Origin: a virus
Strand: one strand, 5' to 3'
Virus record (IMG/VR): IMGVR_UViG_3300043122_000207
Span: 64,001-128,000 of that record
Length of the DNA: 64,000 bases
Below, one piece after another: positions 19,208 through 29,170 of the stretch; the stretch's first letter is position 1; each line of letters starts with the position of its first letter. A program made the translations under genes and the position numbers. The notes below the pieces were generated by a model. It did not search any database, had not been told where the DNA came from, and saw only the letters and a program-made list of their open reading frames with translations.

Positions 19208-20113
19208 ATGGTTTTTATGGAGCCTAAAAAGAAAAATTTTTATATTAACCTAGGACGAGGAGGTGTTAATTATTTAGTAGATTATATAAACACTAATTAC
19301 GATGAGATAACTTTTGAATACTTAGATAATAAATTAAACGAAACGGTTATCACACATGATAAATTGGATTTAGAAAATGTCATAAGTTATTTATCGGATT
19401 ATGATAAATTTATAAACCACTATGGTAATGTGCCAAGGAATACTTTGATGCCTAATTTATCTTCCTTAGAGAACCCTGATATTAGAGCAAGAATAAAAAA
19501 TCTTTTATTATCAGATCTTTTGGGAAAGGTTCATGCTGTTTACAGGGATCTGTTTTTCAAAGGTTTGGAATCGTTCATCTTTGAAATGAAAAGGAAAGGA
19601 AGAGTATCTTGGGCGTATTTATATCACCCAGAGTTTGGAGAGTATTTGGGGGATTATAACTTAGGAGATTTCAAAAGATTTTTACCTAGAATTAAAGAGT
19701 TAATCAATGAGTGGTTCTTTTATATAGAAGGAGCTAGTAATTACCCAGGAACAAGTTACAATCATCCTGATGATTACGAGGTCAATAATCTTGAATTTAA
19801 ATTTATTGTCGATGAATATGCTGGCAAATATTCTGATAATAAAGAAAATTTAATGCATGTTATTAATGAATTGATACACCCAGAATATCTTGATACTTTC
19901 ATAGAGACAAAAAATCTAATTTATTTGGGCTCTGAAAACATGAAAGAAATAATAGATATCTATAGTGAATTTTTAAGATTATTGATTTTTAGTTCTGAAA
20001 CTATCGATTATAAGACACCGCTCAAAAAGGAACTCATGAGAGAGTTTGGGGTTATGGAGATTGGAGATACACAAACTTTCAATCACAATAGGAGAGTGAT
20101 TTATCATGGATAA
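19208..20113 (+). CDS. hypothetical protein, possibly a distant member of the 46.7-52.8 kb paralogue family
   Basis: GRGGVNYLVDYIN resembles the family motif GxxFLxxYIN. Confidence 0.6.
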   Translation: MVFMEPKKKNFYINLGRGGVNYLVDYINTNYDEITFEYLDNKLNETVITHDKLDLENVISYLSDYDKFINHYGNVPRNTLMPNLSSLENPDIRARIKNLLLSDLLGKVHAVYRDLFFKGLESFIFEMKRKGRVSWAYLYHPEFGEYLGDYNLGDFKRFLPRIKELINEWFFYIEGASNYPGTSYNHPDDYEVNNLEFKFIVDEYAGKYSDNKENLMHVINELIHPEYLDTFIETKNLIYLGSENMKEIIDIYSEFLRLLIFSSETIDYKTPLKKELMREFGVMEIGDTQTFNHNRRVIYHG

Positions 20114-20204
20114 ATCAAATATTTTACTTGGTGTATTAGCCTTTGTTTATTGTGTATACCTAATAAAGAAAGGTTACTTTGGAGAATCCAGTAAGTGGAA
20201 ATAA
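20106..20204 (+). CDS. 32-aa single-TM peptide MDKSNILLGVLAFVYCVYLIKKGYFGESSKWK
   Basis: AGGAG RBS; start overlaps the upstream gene end; fills the gap before 20230; not in the ORF track. Confidence 0.6.
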   Translation: MDKSNILLGVLAFVYCVYLIKKGYFGESSKWK

Positions 20205-20229
20205 CAAAAAATAAAAAGGAGATGTTAAT

Positions 20230-21111
20230 ATGAAATTAAACAATTTAAAGTTAGAGATCAATGGTGAGGTTATCAGTATAGATGAAGCTGAAGTTAGACC
20301 TGAAGAAATAAATAAACTCTGGTCTTTGAATTCAGAAAACTTTAAGGTTGATTTGGGTAATAGACCATTCACACCCAAAGAGGTCCAACAATTATTGAAT
20401 GCAAAATTTAATAAGGAAGTTAACACTGTAACAGAAAAACCAAAGGCCGAAGTTAAGCAGACCAATACGAATACGAATGATAGAAGTGTCGTTGATAAAA
20501 CTGGTGTTATGGTCCCAAGAGAAATAAGAAACACAAATCTTTTGGAATTCTTTGACGGACAGTACACCAAAAAAGAAATAGAATCAATGAACAATGAAGA
20601 GTTGGTCAATGCTTATGAAAAAAAGAAACATATGGTTGAAAATGGATCAACTGAAGATAGCTATGACACAGAAGAAGATGATACTTTAGATATAGGTAAT
20701 ATAATATCTTCAGCAAAAAAGAATAACAAGAAAGAAGAGAAAATGGATTTAGAAAAAATGGATGTTTTAGATATATCATTCTATGATTTTCATAACACTA
20801 TCGAAAACATTTATAAAGGATTAAGAGAAGATTTAAATGTAAGAGAAATCGTATTAGAAAAATTCAATTACGATATGACTCTTGGTATGAGAATAGATAA
20901 CTATGAGGAAATGGAAGATGTTATGGATCCTACTGAAATCAAACAGTTGAAGGAATATGTTTATGAAACACTGATAAACAATATCAATCATGACTTGTTT
21001 GATATGAAAGATTACAGTATATACATCCAAGCACAAGATTCCAATTATGATATGGACTTACAACCGAAATCACAAGTTTTATTTTCCATACTACCATACG
21101 ATGAAGAATAA
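20230..21111 (+). CDS. hypothetical acidic protein
   Basis: AAGGAG RBS, followed by a terminator at 21123. Confidence 0.7.
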   Translation: MKLNNLKLEINGEVISIDEAEVRPEEINKLWSLNSENFKVDLGNRPFTPKEVQQLLNAKFNKEVNTVTEKPKAEVKQTNTNTNDRSVVDKTGVMVPREIRNTNLLEFFDGQYTKKEIESMNNEELVNAYEKKKHMVENGSTEDSYDTEEDDTLDIGNIISSAKKNNKKEEKMDLEKMDVLDISFYDFHNTIENIYKGLREDLNVREIVLEKFNYDMTLGMRIDNYEEMEDVMDPTEIKQLKEYVYETLINNINHDLFDMKDYSIYIQAQDSNYDMDLQPKSQVLFSILPYDEE

Positions 21112-21200
21112 TAAAAATAATCGCAGGTGTTTAAAACCACCTGCTTTTTTTTATGATTATATATTATATATGAGAACAGATAAAAATAATTTAAAAGGAG

Positions 21201-21542
21201 TTGATAAATATGGATAATAAACCAAGAGAATATTCTGAGAATGAAATAAGAGAAAATTTTTTAAGAAATGTTTGGTCTATAGTGGACTATTGGAAAAACG
21301 AGGAATTAGAGAATGATACAATGGAAAACCGTATCGAAGGTGTTGTCTTTAGTATTCTAGCTATGTTGGATGGTGCCAACATCAATCTACCCAGCTTCAT
21401 AGTGGCGCCGTCACCACATAAAGATGATAAAGAATACTCTATTAAAAATAACCATAACTATTACCCATATAATGATTCGGATAATATTAAGGGGAATATT
21501 GCTGGGTGTTTACACGAATTGTTTGATAGATATAAAAAATAA
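21201..21542 (+). CDS. hypothetical early phage protein
   Basis: Early motif at 21157 and AAGGAG RBS. Confidence 0.65.
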   Translation: MINMDNKPREYSENEIRENFLRNVWSIVDYWKNEELENDTMENRIEGVVFSILAMLDGANINLPSFIVAPSPHKDDKEYSIKNNHNYYPYNDSDNIKGNIAGCLHELFDRYKK

Positions 21543-21585
21543 ATGTTATCAACAATTGAATAGTCCGAAAATATAAAAATATGAG

Positions 21586-23421
21586 GTGAGGGTTAAGATG
21601 TTAGATATAGTTAATAATGGAGAAGAGATTGTAAGAGAACTTAAATTAAACATAAAAAATTATAAGCAAAAAAAGAAGTTCAGTTTAAATGATAAGGAAT
21701 TTAAATTAACTATCGCTAGAGCGGGTTTAAATGCACTTGTTTTTGATGTATTGCCCAAAGAATTGAGAGTTGAAAAATTCTTATTTTTAAAACCTGGCTC
21801 CAGCAGTAACCTAACAGAATACAAACAAGAAATCATTGATGAGTGTTTTAAACTTGGGAAAACAGTCGATGAAACCAAAGACTTAATATACGATGTTCAA
21901 GAAAAGGTAAATGAATATACATTGATATTTAATTTTAGGTTATCTGTCGATATATCATTATATGATTTTATAAAGATGATGAAAAAGTCTGATAGAATGA
22001 GAGAAATTTTAAGTGGTAATAACTTTAATGAAGAAATGAATGCCTTCGAAATAATGAGAAAGAAGGAGAAGTTATCTAAAGAAATTGAAGATTTTATTTT
22101 AAAAGAGAAGATAGATCCTATGTATACATTTCTTACTGCTGAAGCTGCTATGCGTAAACCACAGTTTCATGATATAGTGGTTGGTGTTGGTATAAGACCA
22201 AATAATAAGGATAGTGTTTACCCATTCCTTATTAATGAAAACTGGCTTAATGGGCTCACTAATAAAGATTCCTTTTGGGCTGAAAACGATTCAGCAAGAA
22301 ATGCTTTGATAATTCAGAAACTGGATATAAGAAAAACTGGTACATTCAACAAACGTTCTACTATGTTGGCTCAACCAAATTATTTAAATCCAGATCCTGA
22401 TTATTGTTGTGACACTATACATTTTGTAGAAGAGAAGATAGAAGATGAAAGGGATTTCCAAAGGTTTATAGATTTGTACCATCAAGTTGATGGTAAACCC
22501 CAATTGATAACAGAAGATGACACACATTTGATTGGAAAGAAGATATTATTAAGACAACCTTATACATGTAACAGTGACGATGGTGTCTGTCACTACTGTA
22601 TAGGTGAGAAATTATATTTTGATAACCTAGAGGGTTACCATGGTGGAGAAAGAAACTTTGGTGTGGCTATCTCTAAAAAGAAAGTTGCCCCAAAAGTTCA
22701 GGGACACCTTTCTGCTAAGCATAACATTGTGGCTAAGTTATTTGATAAAGATGGTAAACCCCTAACAAGGATCAATGGTGAAAAGAACTGGCACGATTAT
22801 TTTGATTTAAAATATATCAATAAGTTAGTTTTTAAAGAAGGGTTCAAAAAGAATATTGATGAAATCAGATTAATTAAAATAAAAGATAAAGGTAAAAGGA
22901 AAGCTAGATTTAGAAGGAAAATGGAAATAAAGATGGAAAACGGAGACACTATGGAATTTAAAACTAACTCTGTATTCTATACTGAAAAACCAAATATAGA
23001 TTATGATACTGGGTTGGTTGATGATATTGAAAAGATTCATATTGAGATTATAAATAATCCGGTGTCCTCTGGTTATCATGAACTTGATAAGGTATTTAAT
23101 AAAAACAACGGTAATATTCAAAAGGCAATGAAAGAATTGAAACACTTAATGAAAAAAGAGAAAGCTATTATCCCTTATCTTTTAATAAGAAACATAATAA
23201 GAAAAGAGGGACAAAATGAAGAGAGACCAGATTATTCAAAGGAAAATCCAAAAGAAGAAATACTAACGATGCAGACTGCTATAAGAAACTTTAAAGAACT
23301 TGGTCTTAAACTCAATATTGGTTTCTTTAAATCTATGCTTTCTGATTTGAGAAATTATGAAAAGACAAAACCTTCTAAATTCGATATACTATTCGAAAGT
23401 AGGAGAAAAGACAAACAATAA
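21586..23421 (+). CDS. RNA polymerase beta-prime C-terminal subunit (probably non-virion RNAP)
   Basis: NWLNGLT, SARNALI..K...KTG...KR bridge helix, Zn site CCDT...RQPYTC....VCHYCIGE, and trigger loop QGHLSAKH. Confidence 0.85.
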   Translation: MRVKMLDIVNNGEEIVRELKLNIKNYKQKKKFSLNDKEFKLTIARAGLNALVFDVLPKELRVEKFLFLKPGSSSNLTEYKQEIIDECFKLGKTVDETKDLIYDVQEKVNEYTLIFNFRLSVDISLYDFIKMMKKSDRMREILSGNNFNEEMNAFEIMRKKEKLSKEIEDFILKEKIDPMYTFLTAEAAMRKPQFHDIVVGVGIRPNNKDSVYPFLINENWLNGLTNKDSFWAENDSARNALIIQKLDIRKTGTFNKRSTMLAQPNYLNPDPDYCCDTIHFVEEKIEDERDFQRFIDLYHQVDGKPQLITEDDTHLIGKKILLRQPYTCNSDDGVCHYCIGEKLYFDNLEGYHGGERNFGVAISKKKVAPKVQGHLSAKHNIVAKLFDKDGKPLTRINGEKNWHDYFDLKYINKLVFKEGFKKNIDEIRLIKIKDKGKRKARFRRKMEIKMENGDTMEFKTNSVFYTEKPNIDYDTGLVDDIEKIHIEIINNPVSSGYHELDKVFNKNNGNIQKAMKELKHLMKKEKAIIPYLLIRNIIRKEGQNEERPDYSKENPKEEILTMQTAIRNFKELGLKLNIGFFKSMLSDLRNYEKTKPSKFDILFESRRKDKQ

Positions 23422-23438
23422 GAAATGGGGTTTTATAA

Positions 23439-23687
23439 ATGCCATACAAAAAGAAAAAAGAATTACCAGACAGTGTAAAAGAGAACTTACCCAAACATGC
23501 ACAGGATGTTTATATAGCAGCATTCAATAGTTCTTTTGATGATAATGGAGATGAAGCTGAATCACACGCTATAGCTTGGTCTGCTGTCAAAAGAATATAT
23601 AAAAAGAATAAGGATGATGATTGGGTTAAAAAATCAAAAAGCAAAAAGATTAAAGAGTCTGTAGAAATATTCATGGATATACCGTAA
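23439..23687 (+). CDS. chaB: ChaB-family protein
   Basis: ELPDSVKENLPKHAQDVYIAAFNS...AHAIAWSAVKR-type ChaB signature. Confidence 0.9.
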   Translation: MPYKKKKELPDSVKENLPKHAQDVYIAAFNSSFDDNGDEAESHAIAWSAVKRIYKKNKDDDWVKKSKSKKIKESVEIFMDIP

Positions 23688-23691
23688 TTTA

Positions 23692-23715
23692 AAACAAGGG
23701 GTAAAACCCTTGTTT
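23692..23715 (+). terminator. intrinsic terminator
   Basis: AAACAAGGG-GTAAAA-CCCTTGTTT followed by a T-run. Confidence 0.85.
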
Positions 23716-23789
23716 TTTTTATTTAAAATTATGGTGTTGAAACAAGTCTATAGACTTTTAAATGTCTGGAAGGTGGTGAATTATAAACC

Positions 23790-25265
23790 ATGTCAAAAGA
23801 AATGAAAATATTAGAGTATGGTGCAAGTTATAAAATAATAAACCCTAATAAAGGTATAGAAGATCTTTTAGAGAATTTAGAAACTATAGACTATCATACT
23901 AGAGAAAAAGTACCTTTGGGGTATTTTTACAATAGAGAAAAAGATGCCTATTCGGTACCAAAAGGTATAGGTAAGTCTGAACTTTTTAAATATTTGAAAA
24001 CAAATAAAACCCAAATGGGTGGGTTTTTAGATGTGGGGGATAAACTTGGTTTTAAAATGAAAAATAACCCATTTAAAAAACAGTCTAAGATAATCAATAA
24101 TGTTCATGACAATTTTAAAAGAGGAGACACACAAGCTATTGTGGATATGCCAACTGGTAGAGGTAAGACATTTGCTGCCATTTACCTAACCCATAAGCTA
24201 AATAGAAAACCCATTATATTCGTTAAAAACGGTAGACAGTGTAAACAGTGGGCAAAAGGTTTTGTAGAGCATACCCATATAGATGAGGATAGGATATATA
24301 TAGCCAGAGGTAAAACCAGGGTACACTATCTATTTGAAAATGGTGATGACTATGATGTGTTTATAACAACACACAGGACAGTCTCAAACTTTATAAGAGA
24401 TAACGGTTATAAAAAATTAAACCAATGGTTTCTAGCTATGGGTGTTAACCTAAAGATATTTGATGAGTTTGATTTGGCTGTAGAAAATATGTTCAGAATA
24501 GATTGTCATTCCTCTTTTAGATATAACTTATATTTAACAGCTACACCTTTTAAATCTGGATATTACGATAACCAAGTTTTTAAATACGCATTTAATAGAG
24601 TATACCAATTGGGTAAAGATTTATATGCAAATGAAACACCCAATAGAGATGCTCATATCGTATTTTTGAAATCTGATCCAGAGAAAAAGGAGAAGAAAAA
24701 ATGTTACACATATAAAAATACTGGACAAAGGTGGGAACCTTTCTTTGACCCTGATAAATATCACCAGTATATAATTAAAAAGAAAAAAGTTTTAAAAAGC
24801 TTTTTAGATATTCCTTTAAAACACATCAAAAAAGAATTAAAAAATAATCCAGAAAGAAAACATATATTCTTTACTGGTAAAATAGAAAACTGCGAATTAA
24901 TAAAAGGTTTATTGATAAAGGATTATAATATCGATCCCTCGATAATTGGGATATATAATTCTGACGTTGATAAAAAAGAAAAAGATGAAGCTTTAAATAA
25001 ATCGGTAATAATTTCTATCTCTTCTAGTATGGGTAGAGCATTAGATATTAAAAACCTAGAAACACTGGTTGATATGGAAACCTATAGGAGTGCATCTATA
25101 TTTGTGCAGCTAATAGGTCGTGTCGGTCGTGTGGGGGGATTAAGAGGAAGATGGTATAAAATGTTTGATACATCTTTTTATAGAAATTATTTTTATTATA
25201 AAGAATTAAAAAAATATATTCATAGCGAATTCGATGAAGTTGAATATCAAAAATTAGAAAAATAA
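23790..25265 (+). CDS. superfamily 2 (UvsW-like) helicase
   Basis: MPTGRGKT, IFDEFD, LTATP, MGRALDI and QLIGRVGR motifs. Confidence 0.9.
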   Translation: MSKEMKILEYGASYKIINPNKGIEDLLENLETIDYHTREKVPLGYFYNREKDAYSVPKGIGKSELFKYLKTNKTQMGGFLDVGDKLGFKMKNNPFKKQSKIINNVHDNFKRGDTQAIVDMPTGRGKTFAAIYLTHKLNRKPIIFVKNGRQCKQWAKGFVEHTHIDEDRIYIARGKTRVHYLFENGDDYDVFITTHRTVSNFIRDNGYKKLNQWFLAMGVNLKIFDEFDLAVENMFRIDCHSSFRYNLYLTATPFKSGYYDNQVFKYAFNRVYQLGKDLYANETPNRDAHIVFLKSDPEKKEKKKCYTYKNTGQRWEPFFDPDKYHQYIIKKKKVLKSFLDIPLKHIKKELKNNPERKHIFFTGKIENCELIKGLLIKDYNIDPSIIGIYNSDVDKKEKDEALNKSVIISISSSMGRALDIKNLETLVDMETYRSASIFVQLIGRVGRVGGLRGRWYKMFDTSFYRNYFYYKELKKYIHSEFDEVEYQKLEK

Positions 25266-25282
25266 CTTGGAGATGGATATAT

Positions 25283-26119
25283 ATGAAAACTAAATTTGAT
25301 AACATCCATGATTTAGAAAATATAGAAAAGTATTATTTTTTTGCTGATGATATACTTTTTTCTACACAATTTACTCTTCTTTATTCTTTGACAAGTTTCA
25401 TGCTAGATATAGAAAATTTTTTTGAAGCTTTAGAAAATATCGAAGAGTTTAATAATCTATCAGAAGAAGAAAAAAATAAAAGAGACCATGATCCAAACGA
25501 TATTGATATAGAACTGCCAGAAGATGATGATTTGGTAGAACTATTTAAAGACTACGCCAGTGGTGATGATAGGTTAGAAAAAATATATGATCAATGTAGT
25601 GAATTATTAAATGATATAAAGGGGAAACTCGGAATAGAAAACCCTGATGAAATTCATGAGAAAATACTATTGAGAGAGGATGAGGTCTTCATTACTTTAG
25701 AGGACCTCTTTAGTATTTATGATGGGTTTCCGTTACAATTAAAAACTATAACATCCGGTGTATGCGATGGTATGGTGTCGTTTCCCAATCAATTTAAAAA
25801 AACACATAAGATAGTTTTTAAAAACAAACTGGAATATAATATATATAAAAATATTGTCTCACCAGTAAACACTTTGGAATTGGAATACGATATAGTTTTA
25901 GATTTCTTATATATAGATGATTTAGAAGAAGATATATCGGAAGAATTGAAAACAGAAGATGAAGCTTTAATATATATATCAACAGTTGATAAAGAAATAA
26001 TTGAAAAATATTTAGAAGAATATTTTTCAAATGTATTAATACTTCTACCAACCAATTATGGTTTTATAAATAAAGATGATTTCCCCACAAACAGAATACT
26101 AGAAACCGGAGTTTGGTAA
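25283..26119 (+). CDS. hypothetical protein with degenerate HAD / 5'-deoxyribonucleotidase-like motifs
   Basis: FFADDILFST resembles HAD motif I and LYIDD resembles motif IV. Confidence 0.35.
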   Translation: MKTKFDNIHDLENIEKYYFFADDILFSTQFTLLYSLTSFMLDIENFFEALENIEEFNNLSEEEKNKRDHDPNDIDIELPEDDDLVELFKDYASGDDRLEKIYDQCSELLNDIKGKLGIENPDEIHEKILLREDEVFITLEDLFSIYDGFPLQLKTITSGVCDGMVSFPNQFKKTHKIVFKNKLEYNIYKNIVSPVNTLELEYDIVLDFLYIDDLEEDISEELKTEDEALIYISTVDKEIIEKYLEEYFSNVLILLPTNYGFINKDDFPTNRILETGVW

Positions 26120-26178
26120 AAACTATATTGTACAACAAAAATGTAGACAGAAAATTAAATTACTAAGGGAGGAATAAA

Positions 26179-27831
26179 ATGAGTACATTTAAAAACTTCA
26201 ATGCAACAGGAAACGAAATAGACACTAAAGAAAAAATCGGTGAGATTCTAAAAGAGATGAGTGGTATATTAGCTAAATCTTACTCTCCTTTCGGGAGCAG
26301 TTCTATCATTATTGATGAACACAAGGTGACTAAGGATGGTTACAGTATACTGAATTCTTTAAAACCAGAAAGTGAACTTGCAGTCTGGGTCACTAATATG
26401 GTGAGGAGCTTAACAAATAAAACATTATTAACTTCTGGTGATGGTAAGACAACAGCTGTACTTCTTGCTGAGGCACTTTTTGAAAACTTAAATGAAGTCT
26501 TTGAAGAAAGTTACCGTGGCAAAACACCACAAGATTTTATAGGTGATGTGAACGGTTTAGGACATGCTTTAATAGACTCTTTGGATAAAATTAAGTATGT
26601 TCCAGAAAATAAAGAAGAGTTTTTGAATATAGCTTACACTTCTTTAAATAACGATAAAGAATTAACCAATTATGTTAAAGAAGCACTAGAAGTTTTTGAT
26701 GACCCAAAGGATATGAACATAGTCGCATCTATTAATGAAGGGTCTGATAAAATCAAAGTTGATGTTTCAAAAGGTATGGACATTAGGTCTTCTTTAATGT
26801 TTGGTATTGGTAGTGCTTTAAATAATGCCGTACTTAAAGAATGTAAAGTATTTGTGGCTGGAGAAAAAATAGAATCAGTAGAACAAATCGAAAAAATATA
26901 CGATGTCTTAGATTATGTTTCTGATACCAATTCTAAACTCATGTTTATTGCACCAGAATATTCTGCAACAGCAACAAGAAAAATTAAACAAAGATTACAG
27001 AAAATGAATATGGAACAAAAAAATCTGGGTGTATTCTTTTTAAGTGTGGACAGAGGTGGTACCATGGATGGACGAGACCATTATGGAGATGTCATGGCAT
27101 ACCTTGGTACTGTTGTGCTTAATCTACACGATGCTGAAGACTTTATGGATACATTTAAAGAAAACTTCAATAAATTATCGGTCGCTGACATTAAAGTGGG
27201 GACATATAGCACAACTTTCATGATTAAAAAACGAAATAATGACCTACTATACAATGATAGGATTAGTTTGATAGAAAGACAAATGGAAAACGGTAGTCTT
27301 GAAGATAGAAAGAAAGCAACTTATAGATATAATAAAATGACAAGTAAGGTTGCTGATATCAAAGTTGGTGGTAATATTCCAGAAGAAGCTAGAAGGATTT
27401 ATTCTATGTTTATGGATGCCACACTGGCTATGAATTATGCTAAAGAAGGTATTGTGTCTGGTATGAACACAGCAATGATTAAAACAATCAATTCATTTGA
27501 ATATAAAGATGAAGGTATTGCTGAAATCGCAAATGCAATTAAAGATTCCTATAAAAAATTATTTGATGTCATTGTTGATATGTCTAGAAGAGATGTCTCA
27601 GATGATATTGTAGAAGAGATCACTCATTTAGACCCTGAAGATAAAAAGAGCATACTAAAGACATATGATGTTAAAGATGAGGAATTAACTTATACCATAA
27701 CAAATCCTTTCCAATCTGAAAAGGTTATTTTATTAGCGGCATTAGAGATTGTAAAGATTTTTATTACAGCTAATCAGATTATCTTCTCAGATGTGTATGT
27801 TACAAACTATTTCGATAAAACAGGAATGTAG
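26179..27831 (+). CDS. phage chaperonin (GroEL-like)
   Basis: SYSPFG, VTKDGYSIL, SGDGKTTAVLLA, IKVGG and GIVSG motifs; 550 aa. Confidence 0.92.
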   Translation: MSTFKNFNATGNEIDTKEKIGEILKEMSGILAKSYSPFGSSSIIIDEHKVTKDGYSILNSLKPESELAVWVTNMVRSLTNKTLLTSGDGKTTAVLLAEALFENLNEVFEESYRGKTPQDFIGDVNGLGHALIDSLDKIKYVPENKEEFLNIAYTSLNNDKELTNYVKEALEVFDDPKDMNIVASINEGSDKIKVDVSKGMDIRSSLMFGIGSALNNAVLKECKVFVAGEKIESVEQIEKIYDVLDYVSDTNSKLMFIAPEYSATATRKIKQRLQKMNMEQKNLGVFFLSVDRGGTMDGRDHYGDVMAYLGTVVLNLHDAEDFMDTFKENFNKLSVADIKVGTYSTTFMIKKRNNDLLYNDRISLIERQMENGSLEDRKKATYRYNKMTSKVADIKVGGNIPEEARRIYSMFMDATLAMNYAKEGIVSGMNTAMIKTINSFEYKDEGIAEIANAIKDSYKKLFDVIVDMSRRDVSDDIVEEITHLDPEDKKSILKTYDVKDEELTYTITNPFQSEKVILLAALEIVKIFITANQIIFSDVYVTNYFDKTGM

Positions 27832-27934
27832 TATATAAATCCCAGGGTGTAAAAACCCTGGGGTAAACTACTATATAAATTATAATTATATATTATAAAA
27901 GTGAAAGGAAACACTACATAATAAAAAAAGGGAG

Positions 27935-28225
27935 ATGAAGAGAATGAAAAACATAATTATTTTGATAGTCATGGTTAGTTTACTTTTTGGTCTAGGTGGT
28001 ATTGTTTATGAATCTATGTCTTATGAAATAGGTTTTAACGACACTGTTCAGTTTACAGTAGGACCAAATGATACAATTTGGGAGGCATTAAATACTATTA
28101 AGGGTCGAGAAAATATAGATGGACATATGTTGGTTTCCTTAATAAAGGAAATGAATAATTTAGAAAACAGTATGTTGAGAGTCGGACAAACTCTCATCAT
28201 ACCTGAGGAGGTATATAGAAAATAG
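27935..28225 (+). CDS. membrane-anchored LysM protein, YneA-like
   Basis: N-terminal TM followed by VGPNDTIWE...IKEMNNLENSMLRVGQTLIIP. Confidence 0.75.
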   Translation: MKRMKNIIILIVMVSLLFGLGGIVYESMSYEIGFNDTVQFTVGPNDTIWEALNTIKGRENIDGHMLVSLIKEMNNLENSMLRVGQTLIIPEEVYRK

Positions 28226-28341
28226 GGATTATAATCTCCCTATTTTTTTGTGAATATTATAAAACTCCCAACATATATATGAAGAGATTTAACATTGAGA
28301 TAGTCGTCGTATTCTACTTTTTATGGGTGGTGAAAAAATAA

Positions 28342-28737
28342 ATGGAACAAACTCAGTTTGATTTTTCTAAAAACTCCAATTTAAAAGAACTGGATGAGGA
28401 TAAAAGAGATAACATACATAGGTGTCTGGTTATTTCTGAGGCAACATCCAATAATCTCGATAATGTTTTAAAAGAAGCTATTGAAGAAGATGACATAAAT
28501 AAAGAGGATAAAAAAGAACTTAAAGAACTTATTAAAATAGTCAATAACTTCTATAGTAAATTGGAGACTTTAAATATCAATTTAGAAAAAAAGAGGAGAG
28601 GGTTAATAAGTTTAGAAATGAAGAAAAAGATATATCATTTCTATATGTCTGGTTTATTTTCACAACACCAGTTAGGTAGAATATTTGGTGTTAGTCAGTC
28701 TACGGTTTCTAGGGTAGTAAAACAACTATCCAAATAA
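28342..28737 (+). CDS. helix-turn-helix DNA-binding protein
   Basis: C-terminal SQHQLGRIFGVSQSTVSRVVK; AACA-TTGAGA-TAG at 28291. Confidence 0.75.
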   Translation: MEQTQFDFSKNSNLKELDEDKRDNIHRCLVISEATSNNLDNVLKEAIEEDDINKEDKKELKELIKIVNNFYSKLETLNINLEKKRRGLISLEMKKKIYHFYMSGLFSQHQLGRIFGVSQSTVSRVVKQLSK

Positions 28738-28759
28738 TATAAAAATGGAGATGGTTTAG

Positions 28760-29050
28760 ATGAAAACTAAAAACTATATTTTCGATTATTTAACAGATTC
28801 TTTAGGGTTTGGGGGAAAAGAAGACAAATTTAAAGAATACCAGTTAAGAAAGATTGCTAAAGCAGCTAAAGATTTAGACGAAGCCTTTTATGCCTGTGAG
28901 CTACATATTAGCCATGGTTACAGTATACACAAGTTAGAGACCATGTTAATGAATGGTGATAAAGAAGACTATGTGAGTGTCAGTGAAGAATACAAAAAAT
29001 TAACAGAAAATGATAGATACGATGACTTTGAAAAAAAACTTCAAGAATAA
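28760..29050 (+). CDS. hypothetical protein
   Basis: GGAG RBS; terminator at 29074. Confidence 0.65.
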   Translation: MKTKNYIFDYLTDSLGFGGKEDKFKEYQLRKIAKAAKDLDEAFYACELHISHGYSIHKLETMLMNGDKEDYVSVSEEYKKLTENDRYDDFEKKLQE

Positions 29051-29170
29051 TTAAGAAATCGACACAATATAAAGGTGGGGTTTGTAACCCCACCCTTTAT
29101 TTACGTTTTGAAAGGCTAATCAACAATTCGTTTAGAGAACTAATAAAAATAAAAGAAGGAGGTAAATAAC

